Shown here: positions 10,929 to 21,500 of the stretch, piece by piece | Numbering within the stretch: the first letter of the stretch is position 1 | Layout: each line of letters opens with the position of its first letter | NCBI GenBank assembly: GCA_959020415.1 | Contig: CAUERX010000003.1 | Coordinates: forward strand, 5,783-69,782 | DNA length: 64,000 nucleotides | Origin: an uncultured bacterium | Lineage (GTDB): Bacteria > Bacillota_I > Bacilli_A > RF39 > UBA660 | Direction of reading: 5' to 3' | The notes under the pieces: generated by a model | The model's database searches: none | What the model was told of the DNA's origin: nothing | What the model saw: the letters and a program-made list of their open reading frames with translations, nothing else | Position numbers and translations under genes: made by a program

Positions 10929-12180
10929 TGGTTTAGATTTAGATATTTATAAAGATAAATTGGATAATGGCCTTTTGGTTTATATTTGTCCAATGGAAAA
11001 ACATGATACTCATGCTTCAATTGTAACTAAGTATGGTAATGATATATTAGAATTTGTTCCTCGTGGTAAAGACAAATTTATTACAATTCCACCAGGGACA
11101 GCTCACTTTTTAGAGCACAAGATGTTTGCAACTGAAGATGGAATTGATCCGATGGTTTTATTTTCTAATAATGGTGCTTCTTCTAATGCTTATACTTCAT
11201 CAAACGTTACAAGATATTATTTTACAGGGGCATCACATTTTTATGAAAATTTAAAAATTTTGCTTGATTGCATCACAACACCATTTTTTACAAAAGAAAA
11301 TGTAGAAAAAGAGCAAGGAATAATCGAACAAGAAATTAAAGCAGGCTTTGATGATCCTGGACAAATGGCGTATTTTTTAGCTTGTAAAAGCTTATTTAAT
11401 AAGCATCCCCATAAATATCCAGTCGCAGGTTATGTAGATTCGATTAGTAAGTTAACACCAGAAATGCTATATGATTGTTATAATACTTTTTATCATCCGG
11501 ATAATATGTATTTAGTTATTACAGGTGATGTTAACCCAGAAGAAGCTTTTGAATTTGTTAAAGATTATTATCAGACTAGAGATTTTTTAGATAATGAGGA
11601 TATTGAAATTAAAAAGTATGATGAAAAAGATGAGGTTGCAGCAAAAGAAGCTTTAGAAACTATGGATATAACTAATAAAATAATAACTATCAATTATAAA
11701 GTAAAAGTCACCAATTCTAAACGCGAGAGATTTTTAACAAATTTATATATTTTAATTTATTTAGATATTTTATTTAGTGAGATGTCTTCTTTATATGATG
11801 AAGTTCATCATGATAAAAACATATTACACCATATCGAATATTACATTGAAAATGTTGAGGATTATGTTATTATATATTTTAATACAGAAGTTATAGATGA
11901 TGAGAGTATTTTAAAGAAAATTAATGATTTAATTAATCAAAAGAATTTTACAGAAAAGGACTTTAGCTTAATTGCAAAAAATTTGGTTAAATCGGCAATA
12001 CTATCAACAGAAAGTGTAAACGGAATTGCTAATTTAATTGTTAATCAAGAACTTTTATATGGTAAATTTTATACAGATTTTTATGATAAATATAAAAATT
12101 TAAGTTATGAAGACTGTTTGGATTTTATAAAAGGTTTAGATTTTTCTAATTATTCAATTGACATCATAAAAAAAGATTAG
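10909..12180 (+). CDS. M16-family zinc peptidase (catalytic subunit)
   Basis: HFLEHKMF matches the HxxEH zinc motif, with downstream EKEQGIIEQEI. Start set at ATG 10909, preceded by an AAGGGGG RBS. Confidence 0.8.
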   Translation: MKKVKLNGLDLDIYKDKLDNGLLVYICPMEKHDTHASIVTKYGNDILEFVPRGKDKFITIPPGTAHFLEHKMFATEDGIDPMVLFSNNGASSNAYTSSNVTRYYFTGASHFYENLKILLDCITTPFFTKENVEKEQGIIEQEIKAGFDDPGQMAYFLACKSLFNKHPHKYPVAGYVDSISKLTPEMLYDCYNTFYHPDNMYLVITGDVNPEEAFEFVKDYYQTRDFLDNEDIEIKKYDEKDEVAAKEALETMDITNKIITINYKVKVTNSKRERFLTNLYILIYLDILFSEMSSLYDEVHHDKNILHHIEYYIENVEDYVIIYFNTEVIDDESILKKINDLINQKNFTEKDFSLIAKNLVKSAILSTESVNGIANLIVNQELLYGKFYTDFYDKYKNLSYEDCLDFIKGLDFSNYSIDIIKKD

Positions 12181-12471
12181 GGTAGATTTTTCTATTCTTT
12201 TTTGTCTATTTGATACTAAGTTGATGAAACGTCATTATAGAAGCTTAAATCATAGTGGTTACTTAATGATGATTGGATTTTGTTTAATTTTCTTTTAAAA
12301 CCTGGCTTTAAATTATTTGGAGAAGAAACAGAGGTTAATACGTATAAAATAGGGTAACTTTAATGAGTTATCTTATTTTTTAATTAAAGTAATATAATTT
12401 ATTAAAATGATTATAAGAAATTTGCTTTTTCTTGAAAAATGTGGTAAATTAATAGAGCTAGGAGGAATACT

Positions 12472-12690
12472 ATGCAGATATTATTAATTATTGTATCAAT
12501 TCTACTTATCGCCATTGTTATTTTACAAAGTGGTAAATCAGCAACTGCTAGTAGTAGTATTATGGGTGGGAATGATGAATTATTTGCTAACCGTAAAGAA
12601 AGGGGCAGTGAATTATTTATTACTAGATTTACTGCGGTTTTAGGTGTAGCGTTCTTTGTTATTTGTATTGCAATGGAATTTATCGGATAA
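12472..12690 (+). CDS. secG: Preprotein translocase subunit SecG
   Basis: 72 aa, two TM helices, LQSGKS motif. AGGAGG RBS. Confidence 0.85.
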   Translation: MQILLIIVSILLIAIVILQSGKSATASSSIMGGNDELFANRKERGSELFITRFTAVLGVAFFVICIAMEFIG

Positions 12691-12777
12691 TAGCGCTAGC
12701 TATTGTTTTTAATCATATATAAAAGATTAAATCATAAATTTTATTAGATATGTTAAAATGAAAGAAGAGGTGTTAAA

Positions 12778-13065
12778 ATGAAAGAAGCAAGTAATAATTG
12801 GGAGTACGGATGTCAAAGTGGTGATGTGATACATACTTCGGAGTATGTTACGCTTGAGGATATTGACGACGAGCCTAATTATGAAGGGTTTGCCGAAGCA
12901 GTAGCGATGGCAGTTAATAGTGTTAGTAGGGGAAAGTATTCAAAGGATGTTTTTTGTGAGGTAATTGGAACATTGCTTGATAGATATTCAATTCCTCATT
13001 ATCATGAGCCGAGTGGTCCAGAATATTATAATGGAAGAGTTAAGAGCTTGGGAATTATAAATTAA
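12778..13065 (+). CDS. Hypothetical acidic protein
   Basis: 95-aa ORF with a GAGGTG RBS. No family recognised. Confidence 0.5.
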   Translation: MKEASNNWEYGCQSGDVIHTSEYVTLEDIDDEPNYEGFAEAVAMAVNSVSRGKYSKDVFCEVIGTLLDRYSIPHYHEPSGPEYYNGRVKSLGIIN

Positions 13066-13182
13066 TTGTTAAGAGTTTATTTTACTTTTTAATTTTGTAA
13101 ATAAATTTATTTGTTTGTAAAGTAATAGAATTTTCTATTATTTTTTTTATTTTTTTGGTATAATTTATATTAAGGTGGGAAT

Positions 13183-14205
13183 ATGGACATATATGGAGAA
13201 ACACTTGAAGAATTAGAAAACTATTTTGAGAGTATTGGTGAAAAGAAATTTAAAGCTATTCAGGTATATGATTGGCTCTATAAAAAAAGAGTAAAGTCAT
13301 TTAGTGATATGAGTAATATAAAAAAAGATGTTATTACAATTTTAGAACGTGATTTTACAATTTCTCATCCAAAAGTAGTAGAAAAACAAGTAGGAAAAGA
13401 TGTATATAAGTATTTATTTGAACTAGATGATGAATCTAAGGTTGAAGCAGTTTTAATGGTTCACGATTATGGTAATAGCTTGTGTGTTTCAACCCAAGTT
13501 GGTTGTAATATGGGCTGTGCTTTTTGTGAAAGTGGGAGACGTAAGAAAAAAAGGAATTTAGAAGTTTCAGAGATGGTTAGCCAAATTTTATTAGTAGAAG
13601 AGGATTTAGGCATTAGAATATCTCATGTAGTATTAATGGGAATTGGCGAGCCATTTGATAATTACGAAAATGTTATGAAGTTTATTAGAATTATTAACAG
13701 TGGTAAAGGTATTGATATCGGAGCAAGACATATTACGGTTTCAACATGCGGAATTGTTCCTAAAATTAGAGAATTTTCTTTAGAAGATTTACAGGTTAAT
13801 TTAGCTATTTCGCTTCATGCACCAAATGATGAACTTCGAAGTAAATTAATGAAAATAAATAAAGTATACAAACTTGAAGAAGTAATTAAGGCAGTAAAAG
13901 AGTATATTTCGAAAACCAATAGGCGAGTTACATTTGAATATATCATGCTTAAAGATATAAATGATAGTAGAAAATGTGCTTTAGAATTAGCTAATTTGTT
14001 AAAAGGAATGAATGCATATGTTAATTTAATTCCTTATAATGAAACAAGCCATATTGATTTTAGAAAAACTAGTGAAAATAAGGTTATGGAATTTTACGAT
14101 ATTTTAAAGAAAAATAAAATAAATGTGACCGTAAGAAGAGAATTTGGCTCAGAAGTAAGTGCAGCATGTGGCCAATTAAGGTCTAATTACGAGGAGGAAA
14201 TTTAA
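13183..14205 (+). CDS. rlmN: 23S rRNA/tRNA (adenine-C2)-methyltransferase, radical SAM (RlmN/Cfr family)
   Basis: CNMGCAFCESG radical-SAM cluster motif, MGIGEP, and a C-terminal AACGQL catalytic Cys. Occupies the conserved rlmN-stp-prkC-rsgA-rpe position. Confidence 0.92.
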   Translation: MDIYGETLEELENYFESIGEKKFKAIQVYDWLYKKRVKSFSDMSNIKKDVITILERDFTISHPKVVEKQVGKDVYKYLFELDDESKVEAVLMVHDYGNSLCVSTQVGCNMGCAFCESGRRKKKRNLEVSEMVSQILLVEEDLGIRISHVVLMGIGEPFDNYENVMKFIRIINSGKGIDIGARHITVSTCGIVPKIREFSLEDLQVNLAISLHAPNDELRSKLMKINKVYKLEEVIKAVKEYISKTNRRVTFEYIMLKDINDSRKCALELANLLKGMNAYVNLIPYNETSHIDFRKTSENKVMEFYDILKKNKINVTVRREFGSEVSAACGQLRSNYEEEI

Positions 14206-14939
14206 TGGAATATTCTTATTTAACAGATCCTGGGAAGGTTAGAGACCACAATGAAGACAGTGTGACCATTGTTAAAAATGGTAGTGGCGAAATTTTAATG
14301 GCTGTAGCTGACGGTATGGGTGGTCATAAAGGCGGTGAAATAGCTTCTTCAATTGCAATTACTAGTATTGGAAAACGTTTTATCAATACTAGTACAGTTG
14401 GTAATAAGGAAGATGCAATTGCTTTTATTAAAGAAATTGTTAGCGAAGCTAATATTCTTTTATATAAATATACACAAGAAAACCCTGAAAGTACAGGTAT
14501 GGGTACAACAATAGTTTTAGCTTTAATTACTAATGACTTTTTACTATTTGGTAACATCGGTGACTCATCAGGATATGTAATTAAGGATGAAAAGTTATAT
14601 AAGATTACAACTGATCATACTTTAGTAAATTTACTTGTTAAATCAGGCGAATTAACGCCAGAGGAAGCAAAGGATCATCCTCGTAAGAATGTTCTTATGC
14701 GTGCACTGGGGGCTAATATGACAGTAGAAATGGATGTGTTTGATGTTGAGACAGACGTTGATGGAATATTTCTATGTAGTGATGGTTTAACTAATATGCT
14801 TGATAATGAACAAATCGAGAAGGTATTAGATAATGATTTAAATATTGATGAAAAATTGCAAAAACTGATTTTGAAAGCAAATAATCGCGGGGGGACAGAC
14901 AACATTTCAGTAGCGTATTTAACTAAGGAGGTAAAGTGA
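14205..14939 (+). CDS. PP2C-family Ser/Thr phosphatase (Stp/PrpC)
   Basis: DGMGGH, GDS and SDGL...GGTDNIS motifs. Adjacent to the PASTA kinase. Confidence 0.92.
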   Translation: MEYSYLTDPGKVRDHNEDSVTIVKNGSGEILMAVADGMGGHKGGEIASSIAITSIGKRFINTSTVGNKEDAIAFIKEIVSEANILLYKYTQENPESTGMGTTIVLALITNDFLLFGNIGDSSGYVIKDEKLYKITTDHTLVNLLVKSGELTPEEAKDHPRKNVLMRALGANMTVEMDVFDVETDVDGIFLCSDGLTNMLDNEQIEKVLDNDLNIDEKLQKLILKANNRGGTDNISVAYLTKEVK

Positions 14940-14940
14940 T

Positions 14941-16653
14941 ATGATATCAAAAGGACAGAAGATAAATGGGCGTTATGAAATAATCCGTTCAATCGGTGAA
15001 GGAGGAATGGCTAATGTTTATTTAGCTTATGATACAATTTTAGATCGTAAAGTAGCGGTTAAAATTTTAAGAGGTGATTTGGCTGAAGATGATAAATTTG
15101 TTCGTCGTTTTCAAAGAGAAGCTATTTCAGCAAGTTCCTTAAATCACCCTAACATTGTCGAAGTTTACGATGTTGGCGAAGATGATGGAAAGTATTTCAT
15201 TGTTATGGAATATGTTGAAGGAAAAACGTTAAAACAATTGATTAAAAAACGTGGTACTTTAACACTTCCAGAAGTAGTTGATATTATGTTGCAATTAACT
15301 TCGGCGATTACGCACGCACACGAAAGCTATATAATCCATCGTGATATTAAACCACAGAATGTTATTATTTTAGAAGATGGTCGCGTAAAAATAATGGACT
15401 TTGGAATTGCGGCACAGCTTAATAGTAATGAATTAACACAAACTAATAGTGTTATGGGAACGGTATATTATTTACCACCAGAACAAGCTAATGGAACTGC
15501 GGCAACTATTAAAAGTGATATTTATTCTTTAGGTATTTTGATGTATGAATTAGTTGTCGGTAAAGTGCCATTTAAAGGTGATAGTCCAGTTGAGGTAGCA
15601 ATTAAACAGATGAAGGAAACAATTCCTGATTTGACATCTGCTAATCCAGATATTCCACAAAGTATTGAAAATATTATTTTAAGAGCTTGTGCGAAGAATC
15701 CTAAGAACAGATATGAGTCTGCTTTGGCAATGCATGAGGATTTAGAAACAGCATTAGATAAGGATCGTTTTAACGAAGCTAGAAATGTCTATGAATATCC
15801 AGAAAATGATTTTGATGAAGATGAACCAGCTTTAGGTAAGCGTACTGAACGTACTTTGAAAAAGGAAGAAGATAATAAAGATAAAAAGTTAAATAGAAAA
15901 CTGTTAATTACGGGATGTATTGCTGGCGGTTTATTATTAATTTTAATATTTATTTTCTTTATATATCCAAAGTTTATTTCTAAACCGTCCATAGAAGTTC
16001 CTGACGTTTCAGGTATGAGTATTTCTAAGGCAGAGGAGAAACTTGAAGACAAAGGTTTTGAGGTTGCAACGAAGACTAAAAAGGAAACAAGTGATGAATT
16101 CAAAGAAGGAAAGGTTATATCAACCGATCCTGAAGCAGGGCGTACAATTAAAAAAGGTACTAAGATAACTTTGATTGTTTCTAAAGGTAGTAAGAAATTA
16201 ACTATTGAAGATTATACTGGTAAAAATTATTATGAGATTAAAGCTAAATTAGAGACCGCAGGAATTGAAGTAGCAACAGAGAAAAAAGATGTGGTTAATG
16301 ATGGCAAAACCGAAGAAGATGTTATTTTAGGACAAGATGTTGAAGCTGGTGAAAAGCTTGGTAAAGGCGATTCAATTACTTTAACTATTCCAAATTTTTA
16401 TACAACTTATCCAGATTTTGCGGCTGAAGGATATAGTTTAGTTGATGTTCGTAATTTCTGTACTAAAAATGAGATTTCTTTAGAAGTTAAATATCAAACT
16501 GATAATTCTAAACAAGATGGAGCAATTATTTATCAAAATATGGTAGCGGGTACAAAGGTAACTTCTGGTTCGACTTTAACAATCACGGTTGTTAAAAATG
16601 AGACTACTAATAATGATAATAAAACAGATGAAAATACGACTAATAATCAATAG
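14941..16653 (+). CDS. prkC: Ser/Thr protein kinase with TM segment and PASTA repeats (PrkC/Stk1)
   Basis: Hanks kinase motifs (GEGGMANVY, HRDIKPQN, DFG, PPE). One TM helix, then three PASTA-like repeats (VPDVSG..., IEDYTG..., YPDFAAEG...). Confidence 0.95.
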   Translation: MISKGQKINGRYEIIRSIGEGGMANVYLAYDTILDRKVAVKILRGDLAEDDKFVRRFQREAISASSLNHPNIVEVYDVGEDDGKYFIVMEYVEGKTLKQLIKKRGTLTLPEVVDIMLQLTSAITHAHESYIIHRDIKPQNVIILEDGRVKIMDFGIAAQLNSNELTQTNSVMGTVYYLPPEQANGTAATIKSDIYSLGILMYELVVGKVPFKGDSPVEVAIKQMKETIPDLTSANPDIPQSIENIILRACAKNPKNRYESALAMHEDLETALDKDRFNEARNVYEYPENDFDEDEPALGKRTERTLKKEEDNKDKKLNRKLLITGCIAGGLLLILIFIFFIYPKFISKPSIEVPDVSGMSISKAEEKLEDKGFEVATKTKKETSDEFKEGKVISTDPEAGRTIKKGTKITLIVSKGSKKLTIEDYTGKNYYEIKAKLETAGIEVATEKKDVVNDGKTEEDVILGQDVEAGEKLGKGDSITLTIPNFYTTYPDFAAEGYSLVDVRNFCTKNEISLEVKYQTDNSKQDGAIIYQNMVAGTKVTSGSTLTITVVKNETTNNDNKTDENTTNNQ

Positions 16654-16661
16654 GGAGTTTT

Positions 16662-17495
16662 ATGCAAGGAAAAATAATTAAACAAATAAGCAATGACTAT
16701 ACAGTCAAAAATGGTGAAGAGGAATACGTTTGTAAGGCTAGGGGAAAGTTCCGGAAAATGGAGGTTTCTCCTTTAGTCGGTGATGAGGTAATATTTGATG
16801 ACAAGGATAATTATATTCTTGAAATTTTGCCACGCAAAAATGAACTTGAAAGACCGGTTATTGCTAATATTGATCAGGCAATTATAATAACTAGTTTAAA
16901 AATGCCCGATTTTGATACTAATTTACTAGATAAGTTACTTGTAATAATCACTTATAATAATATTAAACCGATAATCATTTTTACTAAAAGCGATTTATTG
17001 TCAACTTCAGAACTTCAAGATTTTCAAAAGTATTTTGAATATTATCAAAAAATTGGCTATGATTGTTACATGAATACAGAATTAGATAAGATTAAAACAA
17101 TTTTTAAAGATAAGGTAAGTGTTTTTACTGGCCAAAGTGGTGCTGGGAAAAGTACTTTGCTCAATAATTTAGATAAAAGTTTGAACATCAAAACGGCTGA
17201 AATTTCTTTAGCGCTTAACCGCGGTAAACATACAACTAGACATACGGCATTATTACCAGTTGGTGGTGGTTTAGTAGCTGATACGCCTGGATTTTCGGCT
17301 TTGGGTTTTGGAAAAATGAGTAATGCGGATATTCGCGATAATTTACCAGAGTTTAATATTTACAGAGTAGACTGTAAATATCGTGATTGTATGCATTATA
17401 AAGAAGACGATTGTAAAGTTAAAGAAAAAGTTCAATCAGGGGATATTTTAGAAAGTCGATACAATAATTATTTAAATTTTATAACAAAGAGGTGA
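16662..17495 (+). CDS. rsgA: Ribosome small-subunit biogenesis GTPase RsgA
   Basis: Circularly permuted GTPase (TKSDL, GQSGAGKST) with a C-terminal Zn knuckle CKYRDCMHYKEDDC. Confidence 0.92.
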   Translation: MQGKIIKQISNDYTVKNGEEEYVCKARGKFRKMEVSPLVGDEVIFDDKDNYILEILPRKNELERPVIANIDQAIIITSLKMPDFDTNLLDKLLVIITYNNIKPIIIFTKSDLLSTSELQDFQKYFEYYQKIGYDCYMNTELDKIKTIFKDKVSVFTGQSGAGKSTLLNNLDKSLNIKTAEISLALNRGKHTTRHTALLPVGGGLVADTPGFSALGFGKMSNADIRDNLPEFNIYRVDCKYRDCMHYKEDDCKVKEKVQSGDILESRYNNYLNFITKR

Positions 17496-17499
17496 TACT

Positions 17500-18129
17500 A
17501 TGAAAATATCCGCATCATTTTTGAAAATTCAAAATGACAAGGAAAAAATAAGAAAACTAGATTTACTTAGCGATTATATTCATTTTGATATAATGGATGG
17601 AAATTTTGTTTCAGCTTCGACTGTTAGTTACGAGGTAATGAAAGAAAATACTAGTGCAATTTTAAAACCCAAAGATATTCATTTAATGGTTGAGGATATT
17701 TATAGTTATGTGGATACATATAAAGAATTATCACCGGAATTTATAACTTTTCATTATGAGGCGGCTGATGATGTTCAATCAGTTATAGATTATATAAAAT
17801 CACTTGGAATAAAGCCTGGTATTTCAATTAATCCAGATACTGAGGTGACAGTATTGAATCCATATTTAGATAAGATAGATTTGGTTTTAGTTATGTCAGT
17901 TTTTCCAGGTAAGGGCGGTCAGGAATTTATCGATATTTCAGATAAGTTAGACTATTTAAATCATTATCGTGAAATTAATGATTTAAGTTATATGATCGAA
18001 GTAGATGGTGGCATCAATGATAGGACGATTGAAAAAGTGAAAAAGGCCGATATGGCAGTAGTTGGTTCTTATATTACGGATAGTAATGATTATGGGAGCC
18101 AATTCGAAAGGTTAAGGGATGCACTATGA
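17500..18129 (+). CDS. rpe: Ribulose-phosphate 3-epimerase
   Basis: DIMDGNFV, HLMV, VMSVFPGKGGQEF and EVDGGIN motifs. Confidence 0.9.
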   Translation: MKISASFLKIQNDKEKIRKLDLLSDYIHFDIMDGNFVSASTVSYEVMKENTSAILKPKDIHLMVEDIYSYVDTYKELSPEFITFHYEAADDVQSVIDYIKSLGIKPGISINPDTEVTVLNPYLDKIDLVLVMSVFPGKGGQEFIDISDKLDYLNHYREINDLSYMIEVDGGINDRTIEKVKKADMAVVGSYITDSNDYGSQFERLRDAL

Positions 18130-18584
18130 AAAAAGGATTTACTTTAGCAGAATTAATGGGAGTTATTGTTATTTTAGGAATTATTGCAACAATTGTAACA
18201 TTAGCTATAGATAGTAGTATTAAAAATAGTCGTTATGAAACTTGCTTGGTTCAAGAAAAAAATATTATTGAAGGGGCAAAAGCTTGGTCAGTTGATAATT
18301 GGAAAAAATTGCCTAATTTAGATAAGCCTACAGTGACAATTTCTTTACTTAATGATCTAGAAAAAGGTGGATATGTTGAAGAAGGACTCATTAATCCGAT
18401 GACTCAAAAAGAATATTCTGGAACTTCAGTTAAAATTTTTGTTTCAACTAAGCCAGTAGAGACTTGTTACACTCACAATAAAGGCCAAGCTAATGAGGAG
18501 ACTGTTTGCGAAAATGTAGCACCAACAGGTAAAGATTACCAGTATGAGGTGATTTATGGAACTGGAGAAAAATGTGCAAAATAA
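18126..18584 (+). CDS. Second prepilin-type N-terminal cleavage/methylation domain protein (pseudopilin)
   Basis: MKKG-FTLAELMGVIVILGIIATIV class III signal peptide. ATGA overlap with the rpe stop implies translational coupling. Confidence 0.85.
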   Translation: MKKGFTLAELMGVIVILGIIATIVTLAIDSSIKNSRYETCLVQEKNIIEGAKAWSVDNWKKLPNLDKPTVTISLLNDLEKGGYVEEGLINPMTQKEYSGTSVKIFVSTKPVETCYTHNKGQANEETVCENVAPTGKDYQYEVIYGTGEKCAK

Positions 18585-18596
18585 AGGAGAATAGTT

Positions 18597-21500
18597 ATGA
18601 AAAAAATAACGGTTGATGGCAATGAAGCTTGTTCTTTAGCTTCATATATGTTTACGGAAGTGGCTGGAATATATCCAATTACGCCATCTAGTCCAATGCC
18701 AGAGAACATTGACAGATGGAGTAGTATGGGGCGCAAAAACATTTTTGGAAGCCCAGTTAAAGTTGTTGAAATGCAAAGTGAAGCAGGTGCTATTGGAATG
18801 GTTCATGGTAGTTTGCAGACTGGATTATTAACAAGCACTTATACTGCTAGTCAAGGGCTACTTCTAATGATTCCTAATATGTATAAAATTGCTGGTGAAA
18901 TGTTACCATGTACAATGCATGTGGCAGCGCGTTCTTTAGCTACGCATGCATTAAGTATTTTTGGTGATCATCAAGATATTTATGCAACAAGAAGTACAGG
19001 CTTTTGCATGTTAGCTTCATCTAGTGTGCAAGATGCATATTATTTGGGTCTGATTAGTCATTTATCCGCTATTAAATCATCATTGCCGTTTATGCATTTC
19101 TTTGATGGATTTAGGACAAGCCATGAGTTTAATAAGATTGATATTTTAGATGAAAAAGACATTAAACCTTTATTAGATGAAAAAGCTTTAGAAAAATTTC
19201 GTAAAAAAGCTTTAAGTATTCATAATCCAGTAACTAGAGGGACTAACCAAAATGGTGATATTTATTTTCAGTTAATGGAATCACGTAATAATTTTTACGA
19301 TGAAGCAGTAGATAATGTTTGTAGTTATATGAATGAAATTAATAAATTATCAGGGATGGTTTATCTGCCATTTAATTATTACGGGGATGATAATGCTGAA
19401 AAAGTAATTGTGGCAATGGGATCAGTTTGTGAAACAATTAAGGAAACAATTGATTATCTCGGTGGTAAGATTGGACTAATTGAGGTTCATTTATATCGTC
19501 CTTTTAGTGTTAAGCATTTATTAGATGTTTTACCTAAAACTGTTACAAAAATAGCAGTTTTGGATCGTACTAAAGAAGCTGGCAGCAATGGAGAACCATT
19601 ATATCTAGATATTGTTAATGCATTAAGTAAAAATGGTATTACGATAGTTGGTGGACGTTATGGACTATCTAGTAAAGATACAACGCCAGGAATGATTAAA
19701 GCGGTTTATGATAGCTTAGAAAATCCTAAAAATAATTTTACAATTGGTATTGATGATGATGTAACTAATTTAAGTTTAGATTATAGGAAGCTTGATTTGA
19801 AAAATAGTGATGAGTTTTTACTTTATGGCTATGGTAGTGATGGAACAGTTAGCGCAGCTAAATCAATTATCGAATTAATTGGGGATAATACTGATAAGTA
19901 TGTTCAAGGTTATTTTGAATATGATTCTAAAAAATCGGGTGGAGTAACGGTTAGTCATTTACGTTTTTCTGATAATAAAATAAGGTCAACTTATTTTATA
20001 TCCAATCCTAAAGTAGTAGTAATTACTAAAGATACATATTTGGAGGATTTTGATCCAATAAGCAAAATAAAGGAAGATGGAATTTTAATTATTAATACAT
20101 TAAAAACTGAAAAAGAGACACTTAAAGCTTTAAATCCATATAAAAAATTACTAAGAGATAAAAATGTTAAAGTGTATATTATTAATGCTTATGCACTTGC
20201 GCGAAAATGCGGGCTTGGTAATAAGATTAGTATGATTATGGGAAGTGCAATATTTAAAGTAACTGATTTAATAGATTATGATAGGGCTATTAAAGAAATG
20301 GAAAATTTTATTAATGATAAATTTGCCAAAAAAAGCATGGATATTGTTAAAGCCAATATGCTGGGAGTTAAGGAAACCGTTAATTATTTAAAAGAACTTA
20401 CGCCGGATGATGAAGAAAGCAATTTAGACTTTGAACTTAATGACATATATGAAGCGATTGCTCATCGTCAAGGTAATTTACTTAAAGTATCAGATTTTAA
20501 AGGGATGGAAGATGGAACGGTAACGCATACTAGACCAAATAATCGTGGTATTAGTGACATAGTACCTAGGTGGTTAAATAGTAATTGTATTCAGTGTGGA
20601 ATGTGTTCTATGGTTTGTCCACACGGAGTAATTAGACCTTTCTTACTTTCAGAAGAGGAATATAAAAAAGCCCCTTTGAGCATTAAGGAAAAGTGTTTAC
20701 CAGCGATGGGAGTAGCTGAATACTATTATATAATTGGAATCGCTTTGGAAAATTGTACAGGATGCGGAGTATGCATTAATACTTGTCCAGGTAAGAAAGG
20801 CGAGAAGGCTTTGACTTATGAGAAGCTAGCTGCACGAGAGGATTTTGATTATTTAGTTAAAAATGTTACCGAAAAGACCTTAGTTAGAAAAGATACAATT
20901 AAAGGAAGTCAATTTAAAACACCAAAGTTTGCTTTTCATGGTGCTTGTGCTGGTTGCGGAGAAACGGCGTATATTAAATTATTAACACAATTATTTGGCG
21001 ACAATTTGATGATCGCTAACGCAACAGGTTGTTCATCTATTTATGGTGGCAGTATACCAGATATACCTTATTCAGTGCCTTGGGCAAATAGTTTATTCGA
21101 AGATAATGCTGAATATGGTTATGGGATGTTAATTGGCTATGAGACGGCCAGAAGTCGTGTTAAAGAGTATATGGCAAAACATGACGATGAACTATTTACT
21201 AAATGGCTTGAAAACAGTAATAATTATCAAATTACTAAAGAAGTTTACGATAATTTAGATTATGAAAAACATCCAATGTTAAAAGAACTTAAAAATTATA
21301 TTGTGTCACGCACTATTTGGGCAATTGGTGGTGATGGTTGGGCTTATGATATTGGCTTTGGCGGTATCGATCATGTTCTATCAAGTGGAGACAATATAAA
21401 TATTTTGGTTTTAGATAGTCAAGTTTATTCTAACACTGGTGGTCAAGCATCAAAGGCAACGCCTAAAGGTGCGGTAGCACAGTTTGCTAGTGATGGTAAG

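Noticed and set aside
12217-12291. 24-codon hydrophobic ORF (MKRHYRSLNHSGYLMMIGFCLIFF) in the 290-bp gap before secG, as a possible type I toxin
   Set aside because: No RBS, no obvious antisense promoter or terminator pairing, and a short ORF like this is expected by chance in AT-rich DNA.
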